Assembly: GCA_965247115.1 (NCBI GenBank)
Contig: CBDFGR010000001.1
Location: forward strand, 128,001-192,000
Direction: 5' to 3'
DNA length: 64,000 nucleotides
DNA from: Myxococcota bacterium
Lineage (GTDB): Bacteria > Myxococcota_A > UBA9160 > SZUA-336
Shown here: piece after piece, positions 50,777 to 60,220 of the stretch
Layout of the letters: each line of letters opens with the position of its first letter
How positions within the stretch are numbered: the stretch's first letter is position 1
The notes under the pieces: generated by a model
Database searches by the model: none
What the model saw: the letters and a program-made list of their open reading frames with translations, nothing else
What the model was told of the DNA's origin: nothing
Translations under genes and position numbers: made by a program

Positions 50777-50905
50777 CTTGTGGGACCCGGCGCGCGAGCG
50801 GTCCTCCCGCGGGTCAGCGACCCGCGGGCCGCTGACGCCACCCACCTTCGCTCAGGCCTACGGCCTTCGCTGCGCGCGCCGCTATCGCGCCGCTTGCAGG
50901 GTGCC
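50777..50905 (+). repeat. Structured intergenic repeat, copy E
   Basis: cttgtgggacccggcgcgcgagcgg...cccgcgggtcagcgacccgcggg...ccacccaccttcgctcaggcctacggccttcgctgcgcgcgcc...gcttgcagggtgcc. Confidence 0.9.
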
Positions 50906-50972
50906 GAGCTCCCCAGCTGGTTGGAGGAAGGGAACGATGGAGGTCGCTACAGTGAGCTGACGACGGGGGAGG

Positions 50973-51968
50973 GTGATGAAGCGAGAATCCCTGGAAGGGG
51001 TCTCCATTGGGCTGGTGGTGCGGGGCTCGATTGGCGGGGGGTTGATGGGGCTCGCGAACCTGGTGCCGGGGATCAGTGGCGGGACCATGCTTCTCGCCGT
51101 CGGTGTCTATCCCACCTTCATCTCGGCCTTGGCTGAGCTCACGAGGTTTCGTTTGCGGGCGCCCACGCTGCTGCTCGTCGGGTGCATCGCGCTCGGGGCA
51201 GGGCTTGCCATCTTGCTGCTTGCAGGACCCACGAGAACGCTCGTGGTCGAGCAACGCTGGATCATGTACAGCCTGTTTGTCGGGTTGACGTTGGGTGGCG
51301 TGCCTCTGGTGCTCAGACTCGCGCGGCGCGTGTCCGTCGCCCTGGTAGTGGGAGCGGTAGGTGGCCTGCTGCTCATGCTCGTTATGAGTGTGGCAGGGGG
51401 AAAAGGCGCAGCCGGCGGAGAGTCCAGCCAGGCGCTGCTGGGACTCTCGGGGTTGGCTGCTGCGTCGGCCATGATCCTCCCCGGAGTCAGCGGTGGCTAC
51501 CTGCTCCTGCTGCTCGGCCAGTACGAGACGGTCCTCGGCGCGATCGATCGAGTGAAGCAAGCTCTTCTCGCCGGTGAGCTCGAGTCGCTGGTGGACGCGC
51601 TGGCCGTCCTGGGTCCGCTCGCCATCGGCGTGGTGGCCGGCCTCGTCGGTGTGAGCAACCTGCTTAGCTGGCTGCTCCACCGCTTCGACAAGGCCACCCT
51701 CGGAGTCCTGCTCGGGCTGCTCCTTGGTGCGGTGGTCGGGCTCTGGCCCTTTCAACGCGGCGTCGCTCCGGCGCCGGGCGATCTCCTCGAGGGCCGCGTG
51801 CTCGATGCCGCCCAAATCGCGGCCCTCGACCCCGCTGGCTGGCCCGTCCGCTTCTTCGAGCCGGATCCGGGCCAGCTGCTCGCCGCGCTCGTTCTGATCG
51901 GCCTCGGTTTCGGCGGCACGTGGCTCGTCGATCGAATCGGTCGTCGGCTCGAGGCGCCTGACCCCTAG
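50973..51968 (+). CDS. DUF368 family membrane protein (undecaprenyl-phosphate translocase-like)
   Basis: MGLANLVPGISGGTM and AMILPGVSGG repeated motifs; multiple TM helices. Confidence 0.88.
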   Translation: MMKRESLEGVSIGLVVRGSIGGGLMGLANLVPGISGGTMLLAVGVYPTFISALAELTRFRLRAPTLLLVGCIALGAGLAILLLAGPTRTLVVEQRWIMYSLFVGLTLGGVPLVLRLARRVSVALVVGAVGGLLLMLVMSVAGGKGAAGGESSQALLGLSGLAAASAMILPGVSGGYLLLLLGQYETVLGAIDRVKQALLAGELESLVDALAVLGPLAIGVVAGLVGVSNLLSWLLHRFDKATLGVLLGLLLGAVVGLWPFQRGVAPAPGDLLEGRVLDAAQIAALDPAGWPVRFFEPDPGQLLAALVLIGLGFGGTWLVDRIGRRLEAPDP

Positions 51969-52018
51969 GAGTTTTGCTAGGCTGAAACGAGCCAGCTCGC
52001 ACCGGTCAGGAGGACCGT

Positions 52019-52261
52019 ATGAAAACGTTCGACAGGGTGCTCGTACTTACGCTCACGCTCGCACTCTGGGCTCTGGTCGTAGGCCAGGTGACTCGCGCAT
52101 CCGCCCAGGAGCGGTTTCAAGTCACCCGTGGCTTCAAAGAAGCCGTCGAGCGGGTCGTCGACGAGTACTACGTGGGCAACCTCATCAACGAGGTTTGCTA
52201 CGTCAACAACGGTGAGGTCCTGGACGGAGATAAGGACGACGTGACCTACCTCCACTGCTGA
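52019..52261 (+). CDS. Small exported hypothetical protein
   Basis: AGGAGG SD, signal-like N-terminus ending ASAQ, two Cys residues. Confidence 0.6.
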   Translation: MKTFDRVLVLTLTLALWALVVGQVTRASAQERFQVTRGFKEAVERVVDEYYVGNLINEVCYVNNGEVLDGDKDDVTYLHC

Positions 52262-52278
52262 CTCTGAGTTCGTCTCCG

Positions 52279-52668
52279 TTAGGCGCCCCGCGAGCACGAA
52301 GAAGCCGATCCGGCAGCCAGCAAGAATCCCTGCAGGTTCGGCTCGATGGCTTCGAAGCGCAGCACGAAGCTGGTCGGGCCACGCCGGACGACGGTCCCGA
52401 ACGCGTAGAGCGGGGCCTCGGACTCCTTCGTCGCAAAGAAGAGGCGAACGCGGCTCCCCAGCTCGGGCGAGCAACTAGCCTCAGCGACGTGGGCGCCGGA
52501 GAGTGAGAGATCCTCGATCAACCCGCTCCCCTCGCTTCGCCCCGCCGAGAAACATACGCGGCCTGGCAGTCGCGGCGCATCTCGCCGTTCGGAATCGGGG
52601 TGGCGACGCGAGCTGCGTCCCAGACGATCTCGACCAAGCTCCGAGCGATGCGTTGATTCCACGCGCAT
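52279..52668 (-). CDS. Stand-alone PilZ-domain protein
   Basis: RRDAPR (RxxxR) and DLSLSG (DxSxxG) motifs; ATG 52668 with AAGGAG SD. Confidence 0.85.
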   Translation of the reverse strand: MRVESTHRSELGRDRLGRSSRRHPDSERRDAPRLPGRVCFSAGRSEGSGLIEDLSLSGAHVAEASCSPELGSRVRLFFATKESEAPLYAFGTVVRRGPTSFVLRFEAIEPNLQGFLLAAGSASSCSRGA

Positions 52669-52913
52669 AGTGATCTCCTTCCTCCAAAGCCCCACCTCCT
52701 GAGGCCCCCTTGTGGTATTGTGCGAACAGGGAGGGAGCAAGCTCCGTGCCCGGCGTTCGCGCCCGCGCATTCCGCCCAAACGCTCGATGGGTGGCTGGCT
52801 TCCGCCCGACGGAAGTAGCGCGGACGGAGCTGCCGACTGGCTGCACGCTGCCTGCGCCTTCGCTGCCGATCGACGGAGAGTCCGGTCCGAATCAGACACG
52901 AGGAGATCAGCCG

Positions 52914-53722
52914 ATGAGAGCACGCGCACTTTTGGCGTGGCCGGCGCGAGCGGGGCCCGCTCGTGTGTGCGGCTGTCGGCGGGTTCAGGCGTCGGCAACA
53001 ACAACAACAGCGGCGATCCCGGCGCGGGTGCGGCGATCGGGCTCGGCTCTGGCGCCGCGGTAGGGGCGGCCTTGTGTGCAGCCTTCGCCCGCCCGAATCT
53101 CGAGCCGGTGGCCAGCGTGAGTGGTGGTCCGCTCAACGGTACGGCGCCTCTGACCGTCAATCTGCGGGCGGACGCGAGCGATGCTGACGGAGAGATCGTG
53201 AGCTACGCCTGGGATCTGGGGGACGGGAACACCACCAGTGGGGAGAGTCTCTCCCATACCTACAGGAGCCCCGGTGTCTACACGGCCGCGCTCGTGATCC
53301 AAGATGACGATGGGCTGATGGCCACGAACTCGGTTCGCATCAACGTGACCGCTCCCGTGAGCGCGCCGCCTCCTGCGCGACGGCCGCCCGTGGTTTTGGG
53401 AGACCTATTCTTTGCCTTTGACTCGGCAGAGCTCCTGGCGGAAGCGGACGGACCACTGGGTTCGCTCGTACGCGAGCTCCAGGGCAACCCCGAGCTGCGC
53501 GTCCGCGTGTCCGGCTACACAGACAACTCGGGCCCTGAGGAGTACAACCAGGTCCTCTCCGAGAGGCGCACGCAGTCCGTCGCCAGCTATTTGCGTAGCC
53601 GGGGCGTGGCTGCCTCACGCATCGACGAACGCGGCTACGGAGAGAGCAGCCCCGTGGCGAACAACGCCACGCGAGAGGGCCGCTCGCAGAACCGCAGGGT
53701 GGAGCTCGAGGTCCAGCCGTAG
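52914..53722 (+). pseudogene. PKD + OmpA C-terminal domain protein with frameshifted 5' end (pseudogene or assembly error)
   Basis: PKD (SYAWDLGDG, HTYRSPGVY) and OmpA (FAFDSAEL, GYTD, LSERR, NRRVE) are in frame 2; the SD-preceded ATG 52914 is in frame 3. Confidence 0.55.
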
Positions 53723-53967
53723 GCGAGACCTGCTCGGCGCGTACGTCGCCAGAGCTGACCACGAGGCGACTCGCTTCGGCGACGCCCGGCGTAGGCGGGC
53801 TAAAGCCGTAGGTGCCAAGCATCCGATCCTTGTCTGGGAGCCGGAATGGGCGCCTCTGTCTGCCTGCTGAACGGCTTCTTGCCGGTCTGCATCGGCAGAG
53901 AGGATGCCGGTTGGCCGGCGATCCACGGACCAGAGGAGCGCGGCGAACGCAGCCAGAGAACGGGCGG

Positions 53968-55815
53968 ATGGATTCACCTCGAAGAATGGCGAACGAGCGT
54001 GTGGGGCTGGCGATGATCGCATCGTCGCTAACCGTGATCGTCGTCATCACGGCTCTGCTTCTCATGTCGCAGATCGAGTCACGCCGCGAGCGGGCTCGCG
54101 CGGACGGTGTGAGCCTGGTTGCGCTCCTCTCGAAGATCCCCTTCGAGCAGCTGGTGCCGGGAGACGGCCAGGACGGACCGCTCCAGGTCATCGATCATCT
54201 ACAGACGAACTCCGACTTCGCCTATGCCGTCATCGTGAACGTTCGAGGGGAGCCTGTGAAGGAGGTGAGCGCACCTGGCGTGATCGTGCCGCGCGCCTCG
54301 CTGGGGACGGACCCGACCTCGTGGCGTGGCGAGCGCATCCTCGAGGAGGAGGGTCCGAGGACCCTCCACGAGTTCTTCGGGCCGATCCTCATCCGGGGCG
54401 AAGTCGTCGGCCACATCCGGGTCGGCTTCTTCGAGCCCGGCTTCGGAATCATCTTCGAGCAAGCGCCCTTCTTCGCGCTCCTCGCCCTGCCGATCTTTTT
54501 GCTCACGCCGCTGTCCTACCTGCTGCTTCGCTTCGAGATCCGACCGCTCTCGGAGGCGAATTCCCGCATCACAGCGCTCCTGGACGGGCAGGAGGAATCG
54601 CGGGTCCGGACGGGCACCACCGGCCAGGTCGGGTCCTTCGTCCGCTCGTTCAATCAGTTTGTCGAGCTGACCCAGGAGCGGCTGCAGACCGCGCAGACGC
54701 AGCACACCGGTATCCTCGCGTCGTCCAAGGTGCTCTCGTACCAGAAGGCCCGGATCGAGACCATCCTGGAGACCTTGCCGGATGCGGCCATGGTGCTGGA
54801 CGACACCGGAACTGTGACGTTTGCGAACGCCAAGGTGGAGTCCTTCATCGGCGTTGGTCTGGGTCAGGTACTTGGCCACAAGCCGGAGGCCTGGTGCGAG
54901 CACCCCGAGCTGCTCGATTTTCTTGCCCGGTACCATGGCCCGGATGCGCTCCATCGCGCGGAGAGCCTTGAGTTCCAGCCTGACGAGTCCAGCCTGAGGC
55001 GCATCACCGTGGGCGCGTACCCCATGGTCCGAGCGCGCAGCGGTCCCGAGATCTCCGGGACGCTCATGCTGTTCCGAGACGTCACCTCGGAGATGCTCAC
55101 GAAGCAGCGGCAGGCCGAGTTCGTGAATCACGTTGCACACGAGCTGAAGACCCCGCTGAGCACCCTGGCGATGTACACCGAGTCGCTCGTGGGCAAGGAA
55201 GGGGCTGCGGACGACTTCCGGGTCGAGGCTTGCAGCGTCATCCAGGACGAGGTCGAGCGCCTCTCCTCCATGATCAGCACGCTGCTCTCCATCGCGCGGA
55301 TCGAGACCGGAAGCGTCACGCTCGAGCGCCAGCGCGTGCGCCCGAGTGAGTTCCTGCGGGACGCGTTCGAGACGGTCTCCCGGTCGGCCGCGAGAAGCAA
55401 TCTGAGCTTCAAGTTTGAGGTAACCCAGGAGCTACCTCCGATCTTCATCGACAAGGAGATGATGAGGATCGTCGTGAATAACCTCCTGACGAACGCCACC
55501 AAGTACAACCGCGAGGATGGCGAGGTCGCGCTCTATGCGGAGGAGAGCAGCGACGCCTTCGTGATCCGGGTCCGGGATAACGGGCTAGGAATCCCGCCAG
55601 AAGACCTGGAGCACATCTTCGAGAAGTTCTTCCGCTCGGACACCCACAAGTCTCGGAGCATCGATGGTCACGGCCTGGGTCTGACTCTCGCCAAGCAGAT
55701 CGTGGAGCTCCACGGCGGCGAGATCAGCGCCGAGAGCGCTCCCGGCGACGGGTCCGAGTTCTCCATCACGCTTCACAAGACGGCGGCTCTGCTGCGGGAG
55801 CCGGCGACCGGATGA
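53968..55815 (+). CDS. Membrane sensor histidine kinase (PAS-HisKA-HATPase)
   Basis: Two TM segments, PAS, HELKTPL H-box, NLLTNATKY N-box, DNGLGI, FEKFFR and GLGL. Start is 53968 or 53986. Confidence 0.92.
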   Translation: MDSPRRMANERVGLAMIASSLTVIVVITALLLMSQIESRRERARADGVSLVALLSKIPFEQLVPGDGQDGPLQVIDHLQTNSDFAYAVIVNVRGEPVKEVSAPGVIVPRASLGTDPTSWRGERILEEEGPRTLHEFFGPILIRGEVVGHIRVGFFEPGFGIIFEQAPFFALLALPIFLLTPLSYLLLRFEIRPLSEANSRITALLDGQEESRVRTGTTGQVGSFVRSFNQFVELTQERLQTAQTQHTGILASSKVLSYQKARIETILETLPDAAMVLDDTGTVTFANAKVESFIGVGLGQVLGHKPEAWCEHPELLDFLARYHGPDALHRAESLEFQPDESSLRRITVGAYPMVRARSGPEISGTLMLFRDVTSEMLTKQRQAEFVNHVAHELKTPLSTLAMYTESLVGKEGAADDFRVEACSVIQDEVERLSSMISTLLSIARIETGSVTLERQRVRPSEFLRDAFETVSRSAARSNLSFKFEVTQELPPIFIDKEMMRIVVNNLLTNATKYNREDGEVALYAEESSDAFVIRVRDNGLGIPPEDLEHIFEKFFRSDTHKSRSIDGHGLGLTLAKQIVELHGGEISAESAPGDGSEFSITLHKTAALLREPATG

Positions 55816-55887
55816 CGCCGCCGGTGGCGGAATGACGTGCCTGCCTGACGACGAGGGGCTCGCGCAGTCTCAGGGACGACCTGACGC

Positions 55888-57921
55888 GTGACCGAGATCG
55901 GGCGCTCCGTTGTCGGCGTCACGACGTTCCTCGTCCCCCGAGGACCCCTCAACGAGACGTCCAGGGTCTCGGAGCTCCGCGAGACGTTCGACGCGTGCAT
56001 TGCCGCTCGGGAGCAGCGCTTTGTCGTTGATCTCTCTGGAGTCGCGGTGGTCAACAGCGAGGCGCTCGAGGTGCTCCTCGACGTCCAGACCCAGCTGGCA
56101 CGCCTCGGCGGAGAGCTAAAGGTCGCGAACGCGAATGCGACGCTGGTCGACGTGTTCCGAATCACGCGGCTCTCGGAACACATCGCCTCCGTCGACGGGC
56201 AGATCACGCAGGCTCGCGCGGGGCCGTCGCGCCAGTGGGGAGGACGGGGTCGCCGACTCGGCGAGTTCCTGGTGGAGAACGGGCTCGTCACCGAGGACAT
56301 CATCACGCGCGCCCTCGACGACCAGAAGAAGTCGGGCGAGCGGCTCGCTCAGATCCTAGTGGACAAGGGCTGGGTCGCGGAGAAGGACCTGCTGGAGGCC
56401 CTGGGTGCCCAGCTCGGCGTCCCGTTTGCATGGCTGCGCTCCGGCCTCTACGACCCCGAGGCTGCTTGCCTCATCGATGCGGAGATCGCGCGCCGCCTCA
56501 AGGTCATGCCCCTGTTCAAGGTCAAGGGGATCCTGTACCTGGCGACGTCAGATCCCCAGGCTGTGCCCGTCATCGATTCCGTCGAGGATCTGACGGGCTT
56601 CAAGGTGAGGCCGGTCCTGGCCTGTACGGACGAGATCCAGAACGCGATCGCGGAGGCGCATGCCGAGCGGAACGACTTGTCCGAGTACCTGGGCGACCTG
56701 GGCGATGATCTGGAGCTCGTCGAGAGCCATGCATCCGCGGACCAGGAGGGCATCGACGAGATGGCCGGCGGGAGCCCGGTCATCAATCTCATCAACGGAG
56801 TGATCCAGCGGGCCGTCGGCGACGGCGCGAGCGACATCCACATCGAGTCCTCGCGCACCATGTGCCGGATCCGACTGCGTGTCGATGGCGCGCTGTACAC
56901 GATCATGGCTCCGCCCATGGAGGTGCATCCCGCGCTCGTGTCGCGGCTCAAGGTGATGGCGAACCTCGACATCGCCGAGCGGCGCCTTCCGCAGGACGGT
57001 CGGATCCAGGTCGTCACCCGAGGTCGACTCGTCGACCTGCGCTTCAGCTCGCTTCCCGGGATCTTCGGAGAGAAGATTGTCCTGCGCGTTCTCGACAAGG
57101 ACAACGCAATCCTCGAGATCGACCGCCTGGGCATGACCGAGCCGAATCGCGACACCTACAAGAGCCTGCTGGGTGCGAGCTATGGGCTCATCCTGGCCAC
57201 CGGTCCGACGGGGAGCGGGAAGACGACCTCGCTCTACGCCGGGCTGAATCACGTGAACAGCTCCGAGCGAAACCTGATCACGATCGAGGATCCGGTGGAG
57301 TACCAGGTTGACGGGATCAACCAGAACCAGATCAACGAGGGGATCGGGCTCTCCTTCGCAAAGATGCTGAAGCACATACTGCGCCAGGACCCCGACATCG
57401 TCATGGTTGGGGAGATCCGCGAGCACGAGACCGCGGAGATCGCCGTACAGGCAGCGCTCACGGGGTACCTGGTGCTTTCGACGCTGCACACGAACGACAG
57501 CCTCGGAGCCGTGACCCGACTGCTGGACATGGGGATCGAGCCGTACCTGCTGTCGTCGGCGCTCGTGGGAGTGATGGCGCAGCGTCTCGTGCGAACCGTG
57601 TGCGCCGAGTGTCGAACGTCCTATGTCGTGCCAAAGGAGACCCTCAAGGAGCACGGCATCGACGCGGCCAAGAGTCGCCGACTGACGCGGGGCAGGGGCT
57701 GCTCGGTCTGCTACGACTCGGGCTACAAGGGCCGCATTGCCATTCACGAGCTCGTGCGCTGTGACGCGGACCTCCAGCGCTTGATCGTCTCCAATCCCTC
57801 CCGCGACAGCCTGGACGCCTACGTGCGGGAGCGGGAGATCATGACGCTTCGCGATGACGGGATGGAACGCGCCATGAAGGGGGAGACGACGCTCGAGGAA
57901 GTGATCCGAGCCGTCGGCTGA
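55888..57921 (+). CDS. STAS-MshEN-GspE/PilB family assembly ATPase
   Basis: N-terminal STAS, tandem RLG..L...G motifs, ASDIHIE, GPTGSGKTT, TIEDPVEY, LRQDPD, STLHTN and CxxC-CxxC. Confidence 0.93.
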   Translation: MTEIGRSVVGVTTFLVPRGPLNETSRVSELRETFDACIAAREQRFVVDLSGVAVVNSEALEVLLDVQTQLARLGGELKVANANATLVDVFRITRLSEHIASVDGQITQARAGPSRQWGGRGRRLGEFLVENGLVTEDIITRALDDQKKSGERLAQILVDKGWVAEKDLLEALGAQLGVPFAWLRSGLYDPEAACLIDAEIARRLKVMPLFKVKGILYLATSDPQAVPVIDSVEDLTGFKVRPVLACTDEIQNAIAEAHAERNDLSEYLGDLGDDLELVESHASADQEGIDEMAGGSPVINLINGVIQRAVGDGASDIHIESSRTMCRIRLRVDGALYTIMAPPMEVHPALVSRLKVMANLDIAERRLPQDGRIQVVTRGRLVDLRFSSLPGIFGEKIVLRVLDKDNAILEIDRLGMTEPNRDTYKSLLGASYGLILATGPTGSGKTTSLYAGLNHVNSSERNLITIEDPVEYQVDGINQNQINEGIGLSFAKMLKHILRQDPDIVMVGEIREHETAEIAVQAALTGYLVLSTLHTNDSLGAVTRLLDMGIEPYLLSSALVGVMAQRLVRTVCAECRTSYVVPKETLKEHGIDAAKSRRLTRGRGCSVCYDSGYKGRIAIHELVRCDADLQRLIVSNPSRDSLDAYVREREIMTLRDDGMERAMKGETTLEEVIRAVG

Positions 57922-57931
57922 ATCGGACAGG

Positions 57932-59044
57932 ATGCCCATCGAGATACAACGCGCCTCGCGCGTCGGAGCCCAGGGTGTAGGGCTTCGGCTAGGAGAGTGG
58001 TTCGCTCGCTCACCGCGGGTACGGGGCAAGGCCCTGATGTTCTTCACGGAGCGGCTCGCATTGTTGATCGAGGCCGGCATCCCCCTGCACTCGAGCCTGG
58101 AAACACTCGAGCGACAGGCCTCTGCCTCGGTAAGGCGGATGATTCGAGAGCTCCGGATAGGTGTCTCCGAAGGCCTGTCGCTTTCTCAGGCTCTGGCGAG
58201 ACAGCCGGAGACCTTCAACAGCACCTACGTCAATCTGGTGGCTGCGGGCGAGCAGGGCGGGTTCCTGCCCGAGGTTCTCGAGCGCTTGAAGGAGATGGAC
58301 GAGAAGCGCCAGGAGCTGAACTCGACCTTGGTGGCCGCGCTCTCCTACCCGGCCTTCCTCGCCGTGTTCTCCACGGCGGTGGTCGCCTTTGTCCTGCTCG
58401 TGGTCTTTCCGAAGTTTGCGGAGCTCTTTGCGAGCATCCAGGACCAGCTACCGCTCACGACGCGCGGTCTGATGTGGGTGAGCGAGGGGTTGGGAAGCTA
58501 CTGGCCGTTCCTGCTGGGAGGCCTTGCAGGGGCAGTTCTCGTCTTCTGGCAATGGGTGTCTCGCCCCGAGGGCGCCGCCGCAGTGGACCGTGTCGTGCTC
58601 CGGGTGCCCTTGCTTCGAGACATCGTGGTGCAGCTGAACGTGGTGCAGTTCATGCGCGTCATGAGCCTGTCCATCGGAAACGGTGTGGGGCTTCTGGATG
58701 CCTTGCGCGCTTGTCGGGACGTCGCCCGCAGTCCGTCCTTCGAGCGCTTCATCGAGAGGCTCGAGACTCGGGTGAGCGAAGGCGGTCGCATCGCGTCGGG
58801 GCTCGATCAGCAGCTCCTTCCCCCACTCGTGCCGGAGATGGTCGCGACCGGTGAGGAGACGGGGAACCTGGCGCTCGTCATGGGACGTGTGGCGGACTTC
58901 TACGAGAGGGAATGGCGCAGGAAGCTCGCCCTCGTCTCGAAGATCGCGGAGCCTGCGATGCTTCTCGTGATGGGAGCGGTGGTCGGGCTCCTCGTCAGCT
59001 CTCTGATCCTGCCGATCTTCCAGCTCTCTCGAGCCGTAGGCTAG
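57932..59044 (+). CDS. GspF/PilC family platform protein
   Basis: FTERLALLIEAGIPL, GEQGGFL, ALSYP, GEETGNL and EPAMLL motifs. Confidence 0.92.
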   Translation: MPIEIQRASRVGAQGVGLRLGEWFARSPRVRGKALMFFTERLALLIEAGIPLHSSLETLERQASASVRRMIRELRIGVSEGLSLSQALARQPETFNSTYVNLVAAGEQGGFLPEVLERLKEMDEKRQELNSTLVAALSYPAFLAVFSTAVVAFVLLVVFPKFAELFASIQDQLPLTTRGLMWVSEGLGSYWPFLLGGLAGAVLVFWQWVSRPEGAAAVDRVVLRVPLLRDIVVQLNVVQFMRVMSLSIGNGVGLLDALRACRDVARSPSFERFIERLETRVSEGGRIASGLDQQLLPPLVPEMVATGEETGNLALVMGRVADFYEREWRRKLALVSKIAEPAMLLVMGAVVGLLVSSLILPIFQLSRAVG

Positions 59045-59124
59045 CCCTCTACCTGGTGCGTCTAAAGCGGCTATCCCGGCGGGTCGATAGGCAGATGAGA
59101 CTCCAACCTGAAACGGAGCGGAAA

Positions 59125-59640
59125 ATGGCGAAGGGACCTCTCAGCCGCAACCACCAGCGAGGCGGGTTTACGCTCGTGGAGCTACTGATCGTGGTGATCA
59201 TCCTGGCAATTCTGGCGGCGATCGTCGTACCCCAGTTTGCCACGTCGACCGATGACGCGAAGGAGGCTGCGCTGGACAGCACGCTCGCGAACATTCGTGA
59301 CGTCCTCGACCTGTACTTCGCGCAGCATGGTGAGTATCCGGCCGCCCTTCCCGATGGAAAGAGCGCCGCGGACACCGAAGCCACCTTCATCACCCAGCTG
59401 TCGCTGTATACGGATGCAGACGGGGACTCCAGAGACACCAAGGATGCGACACATACCTACGGTCCCTACCTCAAGCTCCCGCAGGTGCCGAAAGAGCCGA
59501 TGACCAACTCTCGGGCGATCGTGCTCATCAGTGCCGGAAGCCTGAACATGACGGCGGACAACGGGGATCCCGGAGGCTGGAAGTACGACACCGCCACGGG
59601 AAAGATCATCGTCAACCACGGCACCTGGGAAGCTCGCTAG
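59125..59640 (+). CDS. Major pilin/pseudopilin (GspG/PilA-like)
   Basis: Class III signal GG|FTLVELLIVVIILAILAAIVVP. Confidence 0.9.
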   Translation: MAKGPLSRNHQRGGFTLVELLIVVIILAILAAIVVPQFATSTDDAKEAALDSTLANIRDVLDLYFAQHGEYPAALPDGKSAADTEATFITQLSLYTDADGDSRDTKDATHTYGPYLKLPQVPKEPMTNSRAIVLISAGSLNMTADNGDPGGWKYDTATGKIIVNHGTWEAR

Positions 59641-59683
59641 ACCCGAGAGGAGCCTGCGCCCGAGGTGCGGACGCTCGTGCTGG

Positions 59684-60220
59684 ATGCGGCCAGCAGGACT
59701 CTCGATCGCGGAGCTGCTCGTAGTCGCCCTCGTGATGGCCACCGCAGGCCTCGTCGTAGTGGGGCGCTCGACTTCGGTCAATGACGAGGTACGCATCGAT
59801 CTCGCGACCTCCGAGGTCGCTGGCGCTCTGCGCTTTGCCCGCAGCGAGGCCGTTCGGAGCGGGCAATACCACGGAGCTCGCATCGACAGCGCGCAGCAGC
59901 GGATCCGCGTCTATCGGCTCGACGTCAGCAGCCTTCCAGCCGTCGAGGAGTACGTAGTGGCCCACCCTGTCGACAAGCAGCTCTTCGACATCAGCCTCAG
60001 GAGCCGATCGTTCACGCCGGACGGCGGAATCACGAGCGTGGAGTTCCGTTTTGGAGGGGATTCGACGCCCCGCGCGTCCGTAGCCTTCGACGCCAGGGGG
60101 ACTCCGGTCTCTCCGCTCGACCTCACTCTCATGGACAGTGGCCGCGTGACCTTCGGCCTGGACGGTTTGCTCGCAATGGTTTCGATCGCGCCGCTATCCG
60201 GGCTGGTGAGGACCCGGTAG
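59684..60220 (+). CDS. Minor pilin, GspH/FimT-like
   Basis: AG|LSIAELLVV, ALRFARSEAV and VAFDARGTP motifs. Confidence 0.8.
   Translation: MRPAGLSIAELLVVALVMATAGLVVVGRSTSVNDEVRIDLATSEVAGALRFARSEAVRSGQYHGARIDSAQQRIRVYRLDVSSLPAVEEYVVAHPVDKQLFDISLRSRSFTPDGGITSVEFRFGGDSTPRASVAFDARGTPVSPLDLTLMDSGRVTFGLDGLLAMVSIAPLSGLVRTR

Noticed and set aside
50407..50835. Phe/Arg-rich + strand ORF and the Glu-rich alternative minus frame
   Set aside because: Alternative readings of the histone-like repeat. The Lys-rich frame has the ATG, SD and promoter.
53764..53816. c-di-GMP-I riboswitch upstream of the kinase/pilus cluster
   Set aside because: Hairpins exist (TCGC-TTCG-GCGA, GGC-TAAA-GCC), but the GNRA loop and the GGCAAA/GCAAAG elements are missing. 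More likely a REP-like or terminator-type hairpin.
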